A DNA stretch of 64,000 nt from Candidatus Latescibacterota bacterium (GTDB lineage Bacteria; Latescibacterota; UBA2968; UBA8231): assembly GCA_963422735.1 (NCBI GenBank), contig OY730476.1:2144001-2208000 (forward strand), written 5' to 3'. The notes beneath the pieces are model-generated. The model saw only the letters and a program-made list of their open reading frames with translations, made no database searches and had not been told where the DNA came from. The translations under genes were made by a program, and so were the position numbers. The number at the start of each line of letters is the position of its first letter. The stretch's first letter is position 1. Positions 1-9,429 of the stretch are shown in pieces.

Positions 1-2
1 TC

Positions 3-521
3 GGCAGTGTGCTCTTTGCCGATGTGCGCGACCCGGACGATGCGCGGGCCTGTGTGCGCTGTGTGCGCGCCGACGCGCCCGGGGACGAAGGTACCTATGG
101 AGTCGCCATGCGGCGCGGTGCCTATATGTCCTATGGCGGCACCCCGGAGTACGTCCAATCTCTGCGCGATGTGGTCGTGGTTTTGATGGTTGAAAAGAAA
201 AGTGCCGTTGCCGACCTAGAGGCCATGCTCTCGGTAGAAGGAGTCGAGATGGTCCAATGGGGAGGGGCCGATTACTCCATGAGCGTCGGCAAGGCTGGCC
301 AGCGCGGCGCACCGGAGATTGCCGCAGCCAAAGAAAAGGTCTTTAAGACGGCCTTGGAAATGGGCGTACATCCGCGCGCCGAGATCAACACAGCCAACGA
401 CGCCAGACGCTATCTCGACATGGGGGTACGGCACTTCAGCCTCGGCACGGATATATCGGTTCTATACGGATATTGGCGCGACCAAGGCGAGGCGATGCGG
501 CGGGCGCTGGAGGGCGAGTAA
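3..521 (+). CDS. HpcH/HpaI aldolase/citrate lyase family protein, 5'-truncated by window edge
   Basis: Motifs VLMVEKKSAV..LEAMLSVEGVEMVQWGGADYSMS and GVRHFSLGTD; frame open to window start. Confidence 0.85.
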   Translation, partial: GSVLFADVRDPDDARACVRCVRADAPGDEGTYGVAMRRGAYMSYGGTPEYVQSLRDVVVVLMVEKKSAVADLEAMLSVEGVEMVQWGGADYSMSVGKAGQRGAPEIAAAKEKVFKTALEMGVHPRAEINTANDARRYLDMGVRHFSLGTDISVLYGYWRDQGEAMRRALEGE

Positions 522-692
522 GTGGATCGCACTGCTCGCCCCAAGTAGCAACGCAACTAATTGTGCAGCAGATAGCTTGCCCGCTCTTAAGATGTTGTAA
601 AAATCTTGGCTGAGAATGCCGTATTTTTCTTCGCAGAGCGCGAGTCGCCGTTCAAGCTGCTCCATCTCAAGGACGAGTTCGTGAAGCTCCAT
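462..692 (-). pseudogene. Small antitoxin-like hypothetical protein, probably C-terminally degraded
   Basis: AAGGAG SD then MELHELVLEMEQLERRLALCEEKYGILSQDFYNILRAGKL, resembling small TA antitoxins; the 3' part runs into the convergent aldolase gene. Confidence 0.4.
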
Positions 693-753
693 TGCAGTTC
701 TCCTTTTTTGGATGGGGACCGCGCTATAAAATTGGTGCGCCTTCCCCCCCGGC

Positions 754-1878
754 CTACCAGTCCACGACCGACCCGTCGTCGGAGTCAAGCCTAACTCGAT
801 AGGGACTCGGTTCGCCGACTTGGTCCATGAGCTTGTCTTCGTTGATGGTGATGCCGAGACCGGAATCGGTGGGCAGGGGTCGGTGGCCGTTGGTGACCGG
901 TGGCAAGGGCTTGGCGAGCAGGTCCGCGTATTCGTTGTCGCCGCGCTCTTGGATGAGAAAGTTGGGGATGGCAGCGGCGATTTGCAGACTCGCTGCGAGC
1001 GAACAGGGACCTTGGGGGTTGTGCGGGGCCAGCGGCGAGTAGTAGGCCTCGGCCATGCCAGCGATGATCTTCAATTCGGTGATGCCGCCGGCATAGCAGA
1101 TATCCGGCTGGAGGATGTGGGCGGCGCGCTTTTCGAGAATTTCCTTGAACCCCCACTTGGTAAAGATGCGCTCGCCGGTGGCAATGGGGATGTGGGTCTT
1201 TTCGGCGAGCTCGGCCATGACATCGACGTTGAGGGCCTGCACAATTTCCTCGTAGAACCAAGGGTGATACGGTTCGAGAGCTTTGATGAGCAGCAGGGCA
1301 GTAGGGGGCTGCACCGCGCCGTGGAAGTCAACGGCGATATCGACGCCGGAGCCGTGTTGTTCACGGAGTGCCTTGAAACGCTCGACGACCTCATCGACGA
1401 ATTTCTGGCCCTCGATGTATTTGAAGGGGGAACGCGAAGTGCCTGGACCCACCTTTATGGCGTTGACGCCGGTCTTCTCACTTACTTCGCCATAAACCCG
1501 CACCCGATCGCGAGTGGGGCCGCCGAGTAGTTTATACACGGGCACACCATAGCATTTTCCGGTAATATCCCAAAGGGCCTGATCAATGCCGGAGGAAATA
1601 GCGGTTTTGATCGGGCCGCCGCGATAGAAGGCTCCTCGGTGAATGGCCTGCCAGTGGTGGGTGACTGGGCGGGGATCCTTTCCCACTAGGTAGTCGGCGA
1701 CTTCGAGCGCACCCGCAGCACAGGCCTTGGCGTCGTCCTTGAGCATTTCGCCCCAACCGGTGATGCCCGCGTCCGTCGAGATCTTGACGAAGACCCAAGA
1801 GTTTCTGAGAACGAATGTCTCGATCTTGGTTATCTTAATCGCATCGTTGGGTCCGATAGGGGCTTCCGTACTCGACAT
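754..1878 (-). CDS. dgoD: Galactonate dehydratase-like enolase-superfamily (MR/MLE) enzyme
   Basis: SWVFVKISTDAGITGWGE, AISSGIDQALWDITGK, DFHG, PIATGER, APHNPQGP motifs. Confidence 0.8.
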   Translation of the reverse strand: MSSTEAPIGPNDAIKITKIETFVLRNSWVFVKISTDAGITGWGEMLKDDAKACAAGALEVADYLVGKDPRPVTHHWQAIHRGAFYRGGPIKTAISSGIDQALWDITGKCYGVPVYKLLGGPTRDRVRVYGEVSEKTGVNAIKVGPGTSRSPFKYIEGQKFVDEVVERFKALREQHGSGVDIAVDFHGAVQPPTALLLIKALEPYHPWFYEEIVQALNVDVMAELAEKTHIPIATGERIFTKWGFKEILEKRAAHILQPDICYAGGITELKIIAGMAEAYYSPLAPHNPQGPCSLAASLQIAAAIPNFLIQERGDNEYADLLAKPLPPVTNGHRPLPTDSGLGITINEDKLMDQVGEPSPYRVRLDSDDGSVVDW

Positions 1879-1986
1879 GATGGTAATCCTTTGGTTACAG
1901 GGCGATCAGTTGCTGTATGGACGGTCCTTCGCGGGAAGGACGAACGGAGTTATCAGCTATTGGGCCAAGGGCTGTGGATGAGCTCG

Positions 1987-2999
1987 TTATAGCTGAGTAG
2001 ATGCAACAGAAGTCGCGCTGGCAATGCGCCAGCGGCCGTCGAGATCACAGGCTTCGTAGAACATGCGGAAGCGGCCGTCGGCAAGGTCAATCACACACGG
2101 CTCTGAGGCCTTGGCTGCGTCCCATGGTCCCCCATGGTCAATGCAGATTCCCGGATCCTTGACCCACTGAAGACCATCCTTGGAAAATGCGCTGAAGATT
2201 CTGCCGTGATACTTTGATCCACGGGGCACCTCCGGAGCCGACGTCCAGCCTGCGTAGTACATCCGGAAGCCGCCCTCGCCTAGGCGCAGGACCTCCGGAG
2301 CATAGACGGCGTAGCTTTCGAAAGCTCGGTCTTGGGATATGCGAACGCCGGGCTCCAAATCAAACTCTAGACCATCTTCTGACACTGCGCTGACGATGTT
2401 TTTATGGTTGCAAGCGCTTGGCAGCGAAACATCCGGATAGGGATAGGCACTAGCGTAGAGGCGCAAGCGGGGGCCACCCTGCTCTGCGGCCGGGTCGAGG
2501 TGGAGACATCGAGGTGCCAAGTAGGAGACGCTTTCTCCGGCTAGGCGCAGGCCCGGCTCTCGTTCCCAGACCAGACCGTCGTTGGAAACAGAACTGACAA
2601 TTGCGGCCTTAACTTGGCCGTCCTCCTTCTCTGTCTTTCCCTCGTAATACATGCGGTAGCGGCCGTCCGCTAGAGGAATGACGTCTGGGCTCCAGATGTA
2701 GTGCTCGGCACCGTCCCCGCCCGCATCCATTCTGACCCCCAGCTCCTTCTCCCAGTGCTCGGCATCGGTGGAGAAGGCACTCAGGATGTAACCCTTTGAA
2801 GCTACATTTGACGCTCCGGCCCAAGGCCGTGATAGTACATGCGGTATCCGTCTTCCATTCTGACCACGTTCGGAGTGAGGGTTCGGTCCGAATCGAGAGG
2901 TCCGTCGGAATCGATGGCGACGTCGGCGTCCTTGATCCACTGAGTTCCGGGATCTACATCCTGATAGTGGACAGATCTCAGCATATTTGCAAATGTCAT
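1987..2999 (-). pseudogene. Beta-propeller glycoside hydrolase-like protein (GH32/43/130 clan) split by a 1-nt frameshift near 2808
   Basis: ORF 2802..2999 (..GYRMYYHGLGPERQ) continues in another frame as ASKGYILSAFSTDAEHW..; repeated 'PxV..GxYRMYY..SxDGLxW' blades. Confidence 0.7.
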
Positions 3000-3107
3000 T
3001 TCGGTCTCTTAGCGTCGGTCCACTAGGCAGCACCTTTGCTACCACAAAGCTTTGCTCGTAGGCACCTCGCATTGAGGTCGTCGGCCTAAAAGTCGCTAGG
3101 CACTGAC

Positions 3108-3902
3108 CTACTGCTTGCGCCGAGCACCTTGGCGACCGACCCGATAGCTACTCGCCGTATAGGTCAGCGTCTGCCCAGGCTGCATCTGTACCACCTGCGT
3201 ATTCGGCGAGAGGAATTTTACCGCTTCGCTCAATGCGCCGATGTCAGCCGGCTGATGCATAATCGGCCCGTAGTGACAGGGAATGACGATATCGGGGCGG
3301 ATCAGGCTCGCCGCTCGTGCGGCTTCGCGGATCCCCATTGTGTACTGACCACCCACCGGCAAAATCGCGATCTGCGGTCCGTACATCTGGCCAATGAGCT
3401 GCATATCGCTGAACAGGCAGGTATCGGCCGTATCGTATATGGAGATGCCGTTGTTGTAAGCCACGACGAAGCCATTGACTGCGCTGTCGGGGTGGAACAG
3501 CAGCCCCGCCGGCAGCTCGGCACCGATCACGTGTGTCGATAGCGACTGCGAGTGGTGGCCCTGCACCATGGTGATCGCGGCATCTTTGACCTTGACCGCG
3601 CCGCCGGGGTTAATCGACAGTGCTCGCGAGCCCACCTTGAGCCCATGCACCGTCTCAGCAACCAAGCAAAGCTCGTAGTTGCCGACAAATTTGGCCTTAG
3701 TGCGCTTGCAGATCTCGTAGGAGTCGCCGATGTGGTCGCTGTGGCCGTGGCTGGCGATGACGATATCGGCTTCTTTAACTTGGCTGAGCTTCATCTTGGC
3801 GGTGGGATTGTCGTCGAGCCAAGCGTCGAAGTAGGTGACCGACTTGTCGGACTCGAAGCGGAAAGAAGCGTGGCCGATAAAGGTGATTTTCACGGATGCC
3901 AT
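3108..3902 (-). CDS. Metal-dependent hydrolase, metallo-beta-lactamase fold (UPF0173-like)
   Basis: GHASF, SHGHSDHIGD, ILPVGGQYTMG, IPCHY motifs. Confidence 0.9.
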   Translation of the reverse strand: MASVKITFIGHASFRFESDKSVTYFDAWLDDNPTAKMKLSQVKEADIVIASHGHSDHIGDSYEICKRTKAKFVGNYELCLVAETVHGLKVGSRALSINPGGAVKVKDAAITMVQGHHSQSLSTHVIGAELPAGLLFHPDSAVNGFVVAYNNGISIYDTADTCLFSDMQLIGQMYGPQIAILPVGGQYTMGIREAARAASLIRPDIVIPCHYGPIMHQPADIGALSEAVKFLSPNTQVVQMQPGQTLTYTASSYRVGRQGARRKQ

Positions 3903-3919
3903 AGGAATGGTCCTTTCTG

Positions 3920-4738
3920 TTAGCGTTGGCTTAGATCGTCGCCAAGGTCTGTTGAGTCGAACTGCCCCTTCTCGGCGCAGACGGCGACGACCAACAATTC
4001 GAGATTTTCTCGTGTGTGGTTATAGAGGCCGTGGCTGCCTCCCAACCGGCTGGGAATCGCGTCCCACTGCGCGACCTCCCGCGTCTCATCGTCCACCGTC
4101 ATTCGCCCACTTCCCCTGATGATGATATAGACCTCCTCGACGCCTTCGTGGCGGTGGTAGCCGAGCGAGGTGTCCGGCGGCAACAGACAGTGGGCCAAAC
4201 AGTAGAAATTGCTGCGGAAATCCTCCGGCCCCCAGATGCGCCGGCCGCCGACTTCGCCCTTGCCGCCGTGCGCTTGTCCATATTTTAGCGCAGCACGGTC
4301 CAGCCGCCCCACCGGCAGGCGGTCGGTGGGCTCCAATTCAGCACCGACCCGGTCGTCGCCCAGATCGGTCGATTTGGGATCGCCTCCGGGCACCACGCAG
4401 TGGACGTTGAACCAGCGCGTCTCGCAGTCGGTGTGGTTGTAGATGGCGTGGGTCTCGCCCGAGCGCAACGGCACCGCAGCCCCGCCCTCGACTATGGCCG
4501 TGCGCCCGTTGTGGGTGAACTGCGAGGCGTTGTCGATGGCGATGAAAATCTCCTCGCTGTCGTCGTGGCGGTGGTAGCCAATCCCGCCGCCTGGTAGGAG
4601 GATCGCGCAGTGGACGAAGGCGAAGGGCGTCTCAAAATCGGCGCGGTCCCATAGGCTGTTGAAGAGGATCGTCCCGGCACCGCCGTGGACATCGCTCAGC
4701 TCCTTCATGCTCGCACGCTCGGCTCTTGCTATGCGCAT
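3920..4738 (-). CDS. Bicupin (two cupin domains)
   Basis: Duplicated GYHRH..EE..I motif and H(A/G)xYNHT; both halves end STDLGDD. Confidence 0.9.
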   Translation of the reverse strand: MRIARAERASMKELSDVHGGAGTILFNSLWDRADFETPFAFVHCAILLPGGGIGYHRHDDSEEIFIAIDNASQFTHNGRTAIVEGGAAVPLRSGETHAIYNHTDCETRWFNVHCVVPGGDPKSTDLGDDRVGAELEPTDRLPVGRLDRAALKYGQAHGGKGEVGGRRIWGPEDFRSNFYCLAHCLLPPDTSLGYHRHEGVEEVYIIIRGSGRMTVDDETREVAQWDAIPSRLGGSHGLYNHTRENLELLVVAVCAEKGQFDSTDLGDDLSQR

Positions 4739-4745
4739 GACGGCC

Positions 4746-5117
4746 TCATTTCTCGCGGTGGAAGAGCTGAAGGTTCAGTTGGTTTGGCCCCTCGAAAAAA
4801 CCCAAGGTGATGCCGGTCCCTCCGCCGACGTCAAAAGGCTCTTTGGTGATGGTGACTCCCTTGTCCTTCAACTCCTGCGCGCTGTCTTCCGCGCTATCGA
4901 CCTCGAAGGAGATGTGGTGGAAGCCAGGGTCCTGTCCCATGCTCTTTTGTGGCATGAGCTCTAGCAGGATACCGCCCGCGTCGAGGAATACATAGTCCTC
5001 GTCGTCGTCGTTGGCAAAGCGCTCCACCACGGTCAGCCCTAGTTTTTGCGTGTAGAATTCTACTGCTCCTTCGATATCATCGGTTATGACCGCGATTTTG
5101 TGGATTTTGTGTACCAT
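4746..5117 (-). CDS. VOC/glyoxalase family protein
   Basis: DDIEGAVEFYTQKLGL, LELM, GFHHISFEVD. Confidence 0.9.
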   Translation of the reverse strand: MVHKIHKIAVITDDIEGAVEFYTQKLGLTVVERFANDDDEDYVFLDAGGILLELMPQKSMGQDPGFHHISFEVDSAEDSAQELKDKGVTITKEPFDVGGGTGITLGFFEGPNQLNLQLFHREK

Positions 5118-5134
5118 CGAATCTCTCCTCGTCG

Positions 5135-5932
5135 TTAGCTAACCTGTTCGCGATCGAGGTGCTTGCGCAGCCGCCGCCCAACCACGCCGATCTGGTGTTT
5201 GAAGTCTTGGAAAGTATAGCTCTGGTGCGATTTCCAGTAGGAGTTCCATAGCGCGTCGTCCTTGTCCTTGACCTCGGCTAGCCGCGTCAGCGAGCGGCCC
5301 AACTCGGTGCGGCGGAAGTTGCGATGGGCTTGCTTAGTCAGGTAGTAGCCGTATTGAGAATCGGCCGTCTCGTAGCCGTATTTGATCATGGAGCGCGGCT
5401 TGGCGGACCAATGCGCGGCGCGGGCGTGGAGAATCGAGGCAAAGGTCACGGCGAGGGCACCGGCCTTGACGATCACTTTCTGCTGCCCGCGGATCCAGCC
5501 CAGCTTAGCGGTCTGCGGCGGCGTGTAGAGCCGCCGGTGGCTACCGGGCAACAGCATGGTCGGCCCCATGTCCTCCTCCACATCCTGTGGGTAGTACATG
5601 CACAAGATCTCGGTCAGCGGCCGGTCGGCCATATAGGTGTCGTCCACGTGCCAGCCGCCGCCGTCGCTTTGGCCCCCTTGCGTAAGGTGGTTCCAGAAGC
5701 GGAAGGGGCTGATGGCGACCTCGGGCGTCTCCAGCAGGAAGGCGATGAATTCGACGACCTTGGGATGGCAGAGCAAATCGCCGATGCTCTCGCGCTCGAA
5801 GATGTCGATGGACCCGAACTGGTGGGCGTCCTGCTTGGTCCGCTCTACTAGTTCGGGCTCGAGCCAGCCGTCGAGTACGACGTAGCCGGCGTCGAAGAAT
5901 TCTTTTTTTAGCTCTTTCCAGTTGGCTTCCAT
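5135..5932 (-). CDS. Phytanoyl-CoA dioxygenase (PhyH) family protein
   Basis: FFDAGYVVL, WHVD, YYPQDV..MGPT.LLPGSH, ILH. Confidence 0.9.
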   Translation of the reverse strand: MEANWKELKKEFFDAGYVVLDGWLEPELVERTKQDAHQFGSIDIFERESIGDLLCHPKVVEFIAFLLETPEVAISPFRFWNHLTQGGQSDGGGWHVDDTYMADRPLTEILCMYYPQDVEEDMGPTMLLPGSHRRLYTPPQTAKLGWIRGQQKVIVKAGALAVTFASILHARAAHWSAKPRSMIKYGYETADSQYGYYLTKQAHRNFRRTELGRSLTRLAEVKDKDDALWNSYWKSHQSYTFQDFKHQIGVVGRRLRKHLDREQVS

Positions 5933-5943
5933 AGTCCCTCCGT

Positions 5944-6345
5944 TTATTGGCGCTGGCCGTGCGGCGTGTAATCCAGCCCCTCGCCGGGCTGGAAATAACG
6001 CTCTAGGATAAACTCAAAACCGAGTTGGTTGTGGGCGTTTTCCAGCGGGTATTCCACGCCCGGAAAAGACACCACCCGCCACCCGTCGGCCATGGCCGCG
6101 GCCGCGTTGGCATACGGACATTCGTTTTTGGGGTCGAAGCGGAACTCGCTATCGAAGGGGCCGAAGTAGTTCCACGCGATGACGCCCGCGTCGATGCGGT
6201 CTTGGTCGGCCCAGATGTAGAGGAGGTGCTGCTGCTCGCCGCCCTGTAGGTCGCGCAGCGCGTCTAAGTCCTGCAAGGTGACGCCCGCGCCGCTTAAAAT
6301 TTTCTCTTGCGACTGGCGTATCCAGCCGTCTATGGCAGTGGTCAT
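5944..6345 (-). CDS. Conserved-looking hypothetical protein
   Basis: ATG at 6345; packed in the operon just upstream of PhyH; motif PY..A.AAMADGWRVVSFP..LGFEFILE. Confidence 0.7.
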   Translation of the reverse strand: MTTAIDGWIRQSQEKILSGAGVTLQDLDALRDLQGGEQQHLLYIWADQDRIDAGVIAWNYFGPFDSEFRFDPKNECPYANAAAAMADGWRVVSFPGVEYPLENAHNQLGFEFILERYFQPGEGLDYTPHGQRQ

Positions 6346-6475
6346 ATTGGCTCCGGTAGGTTCAAATTTCGGCAGCAAATATAGAGCGTACGAACGAATC
6401 GCCGCAAGCGCGGCAGGGCTTGGCCGCTGCTAGTGGTGCCCCTATGTTCTGAGCCAAACAAATCAGGAGGCTGTC

Positions 6476-7306
6476 ATGTCTCATCCGCTTTTCGATCTAT
6501 CCAACCGCGTCGCCTTGGTCTCTGGTGCGGCCAGCGGCCTCGGCAAAGCCATGGCCACCGGCTTTGCCGAAGCAGGGGCCGACCTTGTCTTGGCCGACAT
6601 CAACGCCGATGGTTTGGCCACGACGGCTCGCGAAATGGGTACCTTGGGTCGCCGCGTTCTTCCGGTGGCGTGCGACACGTCCCAACCCGATCAGATCCGC
6701 ACCATGTTTGAATTAGTAGATGCAGAATACGGCCGCATTGACATTGTGGGCAACGTCGCTGGCAATGCGCGGCGCAATACCCCGCTCGACCTGACGCCCG
6801 AGGAGGTCGAGTTTACCCTGCAAAATCTCGTCGTGGGTCGCTTGGTCTGTTGCCAAGAGGCCGGTCGGCGCATGATGGCCTCGAGTAGCGGCGGCAGCAT
6901 CATCAACCTCGTGTCGATCGCCGGCATTAACGCCCTCGGTCGCAGTCATCTCTCGTACAGCATGGGCATGGGTGCCGCCGCGCAGATGACCCGCGAGCTG
7001 AGCACGGAGTGGGCCGCCAAGGGCGTGCGCGTCAACGCCATTGTCTGCGCCCAGCTAATGAACGCCGACCTAAAGGAGCGCATCGCCGCAGATTCCACGC
7101 TAGGCGAAACCTATTTGCGCGGCCTTCCCATAGGCCGCCTCGGCGACTCCAACGACATCAAAGGCGCGGCGATTTTCCTCGCCTCGGACGCCTCGGCTTG
7201 GATCACCGGCGCGATGATACCCCTAGATGGCGGCAACCTCTCCAAGAACGCTGGCGGCTCGCATCCGGGAATGCCCAACGCGCCCGCAGAGCAAATCGGC
7301 CTCTAA
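6476..7306 (+). CDS. SDR family oxidoreductase
   Basis: SGAASGLGKA, GSIINLVS, GVRVNAI; AGGAGG SD. The catalytic YxxxK is atypical (YSMGM). Confidence 0.92.
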   Translation: MSHPLFDLSNRVALVSGAASGLGKAMATGFAEAGADLVLADINADGLATTAREMGTLGRRVLPVACDTSQPDQIRTMFELVDAEYGRIDIVGNVAGNARRNTPLDLTPEEVEFTLQNLVVGRLVCCQEAGRRMMASSSGGSIINLVSIAGINALGRSHLSYSMGMGAAAQMTRELSTEWAAKGVRVNAIVCAQLMNADLKERIAADSTLGETYLRGLPIGRLGDSNDIKGAAIFLASDASAWITGAMIPLDGGNLSKNAGGSHPGMPNAPAEQIGL

Positions 7307-7309
7307 GCC

Positions 7310-8047
7310 ATGGATGTAGGCATCTGGCAGACCATTCCCCAACCCGCGATTTCCCGCTACTTAGGGCTAATGGGCTGGGATTGGATCGTCCTCGACCTCC
7401 AACACGGCCCGATGACTTGGGAAACCGCCTATGAGTGCATCCACGCCGCCCGACCGACCGGTGCCCGCCCCCTGATCCGCACCACCATTGGCAACCCCGG
7501 CGAAGTGGAAAAGGCCCTCGACCTAGGAGCGGGCGGAGTCGTCGTGCCCATGGTCAACTCGCTCGCCGCGGCCCAAGCCGTCGCCCTCGCCGCCAAATAC
7601 CCGCCCACAGGGACGCGCTCGCTGGGCGGCGACCACTATCTCCACTACGGCGACAACTACTTTGAAAAGGCCAACGACGAGACCCTGCTACTGGTGCAAA
7701 TGGAACACATTGACGCCGTTGAGCAAGCCGAAGAAATCATGGCCCTGCCCGGCGTCGATGGCTGCTTTGTCGGGCCGGTTGACTTGGCGCTTTCGCTGGG
7801 CCTGTCGCGCCATCGCACCATCTACGAACAGCACCCGGCCTATCAGGCGGCGATAGAGCGGATTGTCGCCACAACCCTCGCAGCCGGCAAGAACTCCTGC
7901 TGCAACACGTATTCCCCCGAGGACTTCGCGGCCAAAAAAGCCGCAGGATTCCAAGCCCTCACCTTCAAGTCGGACCTCGATCTGCTAATGGACAGGGGCA
8001 CTCAACTAATGAGCTGTCTCAAGGGAAGAACCGGGGATTCAGTATAG
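7310..8047 (+). CDS. HpcH/HpaI aldolase family protein
   Basis: DWIVLDLQHG, LDLGAGGVVVPMV, KYPPTGTRS, VDGCFVGPVDL. Confidence 0.92.
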   Translation: MDVGIWQTIPQPAISRYLGLMGWDWIVLDLQHGPMTWETAYECIHAARPTGARPLIRTTIGNPGEVEKALDLGAGGVVVPMVNSLAAAQAVALAAKYPPTGTRSLGGDHYLHYGDNYFEKANDETLLLVQMEHIDAVEQAEEIMALPGVDGCFVGPVDLALSLGLSRHRTIYEQHPAYQAAIERIVATTLAAGKNSCCNTYSPEDFAAKKAAGFQALTFKSDLDLLMDRGTQLMSCLKGRTGDSV

Positions 8048-8075
8048 CACAAAGGCCAAACGAACGGAGATTGTC

Positions 8076-8200
8076 ATGACCCTCACCTGCGCCGATGTAG
8101 ATTTCGACCTCGAGCTCGCCGAATTCAAAATCAACGGCTACGCCGTCTTTGAGGACACGATCCCCGAGAAAAAGGAGGCATTCCCGCCGCTGCTATCTCC
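8076..8200 (+). pseudogene. N-terminal remnant of a PhyH-family dioxygenase
   Basis: GGAG SD, then MTLTCADVDFDLELAEFKINGYAVFEDTIP (PhyH N-terminal F..NGY.V.E motif), cut off by the convergent gene. Confidence 0.6.
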
Positions 8201-9429
8201 TACTCTCCCAGCACCTCCCGGGCAACTCTGAGGATGTTGCCGCCGAGGATTTTGCGGATGTCGTCATCGGCATAACCGCGTTGTACCATGCCGACCGTAA
8301 ACAGCGGGAAGTTTGTCCATGCCGTGCTCTGGAACATGCGCTCTTGGCGCCACTCTGAGCGTTGCACGGGGTCGTTGGCCTCCCACAGTGCTTCCCAGCG
8401 CTGGCGGCTTCCTAGCCGCGCCGGCACCTTGGCACTCTCCTCCTTGGCGCGGCAGCTAATGTAGGCTCGATCCGTGCCAATCGTCACGTGATCGACGCCG
8501 ACGACTTGCACCGCGTGGTCGATGTGGTCAAGCATGGCGTCGATGCAGCCGCTGCCGCCGACAAAGGCCGGCACGTTGGTGATGCCTACAGTTCCGCCCT
8601 TGTCGGCGATTGCCCGCATCACGTCGTCCGGCTTGCAGCGATGGTGGTGGTTCAGGGCCGCGCAAGCCGAATGGCTGGAGACGATCGGCTTTTGCGACAC
8701 CTCGGCCGCCTCTAGGCAGGTCTGCCAGCCGGAGTGGGCCACGTCGGCAATCACGCCGACCTCGTTCATCTCGGCGATCACGGCACGGCCAAAGTCGCTC
8801 AAACCGGCGTTGGCCGGCTCGGCACAGCCGTCGCCGATCGGATTGCGGCGGTTGTAGGTCAGGTGCATCATGCGGCAGCCGAGCTCGAAGAACTGGCTGA
8901 TGAAACGCAGCTCCTGTTCGACCGTGGCCTGCTCTCCTGGGAGGGGCACGCCGTTACACGTCTGGTAGATGCAGTGCCGTCCAGCGGCTTTTGCAGCGAC
9001 AATGTCATCGGGGAAAGCGGCGCGCGCCACGTGGTCGCGCAGGCGATCCGTCAGATGCGTATAGTGCGCCAGCCGTCCCAACATGCGCATGGGGTCGTTG
9101 CCCTCCTCACCGGCGTTTTGCAAGGCGCAAGTCACCCCGGACGCCTCCCAAGCCCCCAAGTACTCGGTCTTTAGCTCGTCGTCATCGGCCCAGCGCGTCA
9201 TTCGCATCTGCTCCGATAGGTACTGCAACTCGACCTCCGAGGCTCGCGCCTCCACGGCCCGCGCCATGGCGTCGCCGTCGATCGGTGCCAGCAGCCCGAG
9301 ACTGTACGACTCGCACACAATCGCGTCGCGATGCAAGGCCAACCCGTGCTCCAACTGCCATGCGGACGGTTGCAGGATTTCAAGCGCCACGGCCCGCGCC
9401 TGCTCGATGTTCTCTTCCCAAGAAGTCAT
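8200..9429 (-). CDS. Membrane dipeptidase (peptidase M19) family protein
   Basis: MMHLTYNRRNPIGDGC, GLSDFGRAVIAEMNEVG, DVAHSG, SSHS, DHVTIGTD; probable start MTSWEE at 9429. Confidence 0.9.
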   Translation of the reverse strand: MTSWEENIEQARAVALEILQPSAWQLEHGLALHRDAIVCESYSLGLLAPIDGDAMARAVEARASEVELQYLSEQMRMTRWADDDELKTEYLGAWEASGVTCALQNAGEEGNDPMRMLGRLAHYTHLTDRLRDHVARAAFPDDIVAAKAAGRHCIYQTCNGVPLPGEQATVEQELRFISQFFELGCRMMHLTYNRRNPIGDGCAEPANAGLSDFGRAVIAEMNEVGVIADVAHSGWQTCLEAAEVSQKPIVSSHSACAALNHHHRCKPDDVMRAIADKGGTVGITNVPAFVGGSGCIDAMLDHIDHAVQVVGVDHVTIGTDRAYISCRAKEESAKVPARLGSRQRWEALWEANDPVQRSEWRQERMFQSTAWTNFPLFTVGMVQRGYADDDIRKILGGNILRVAREVLGE

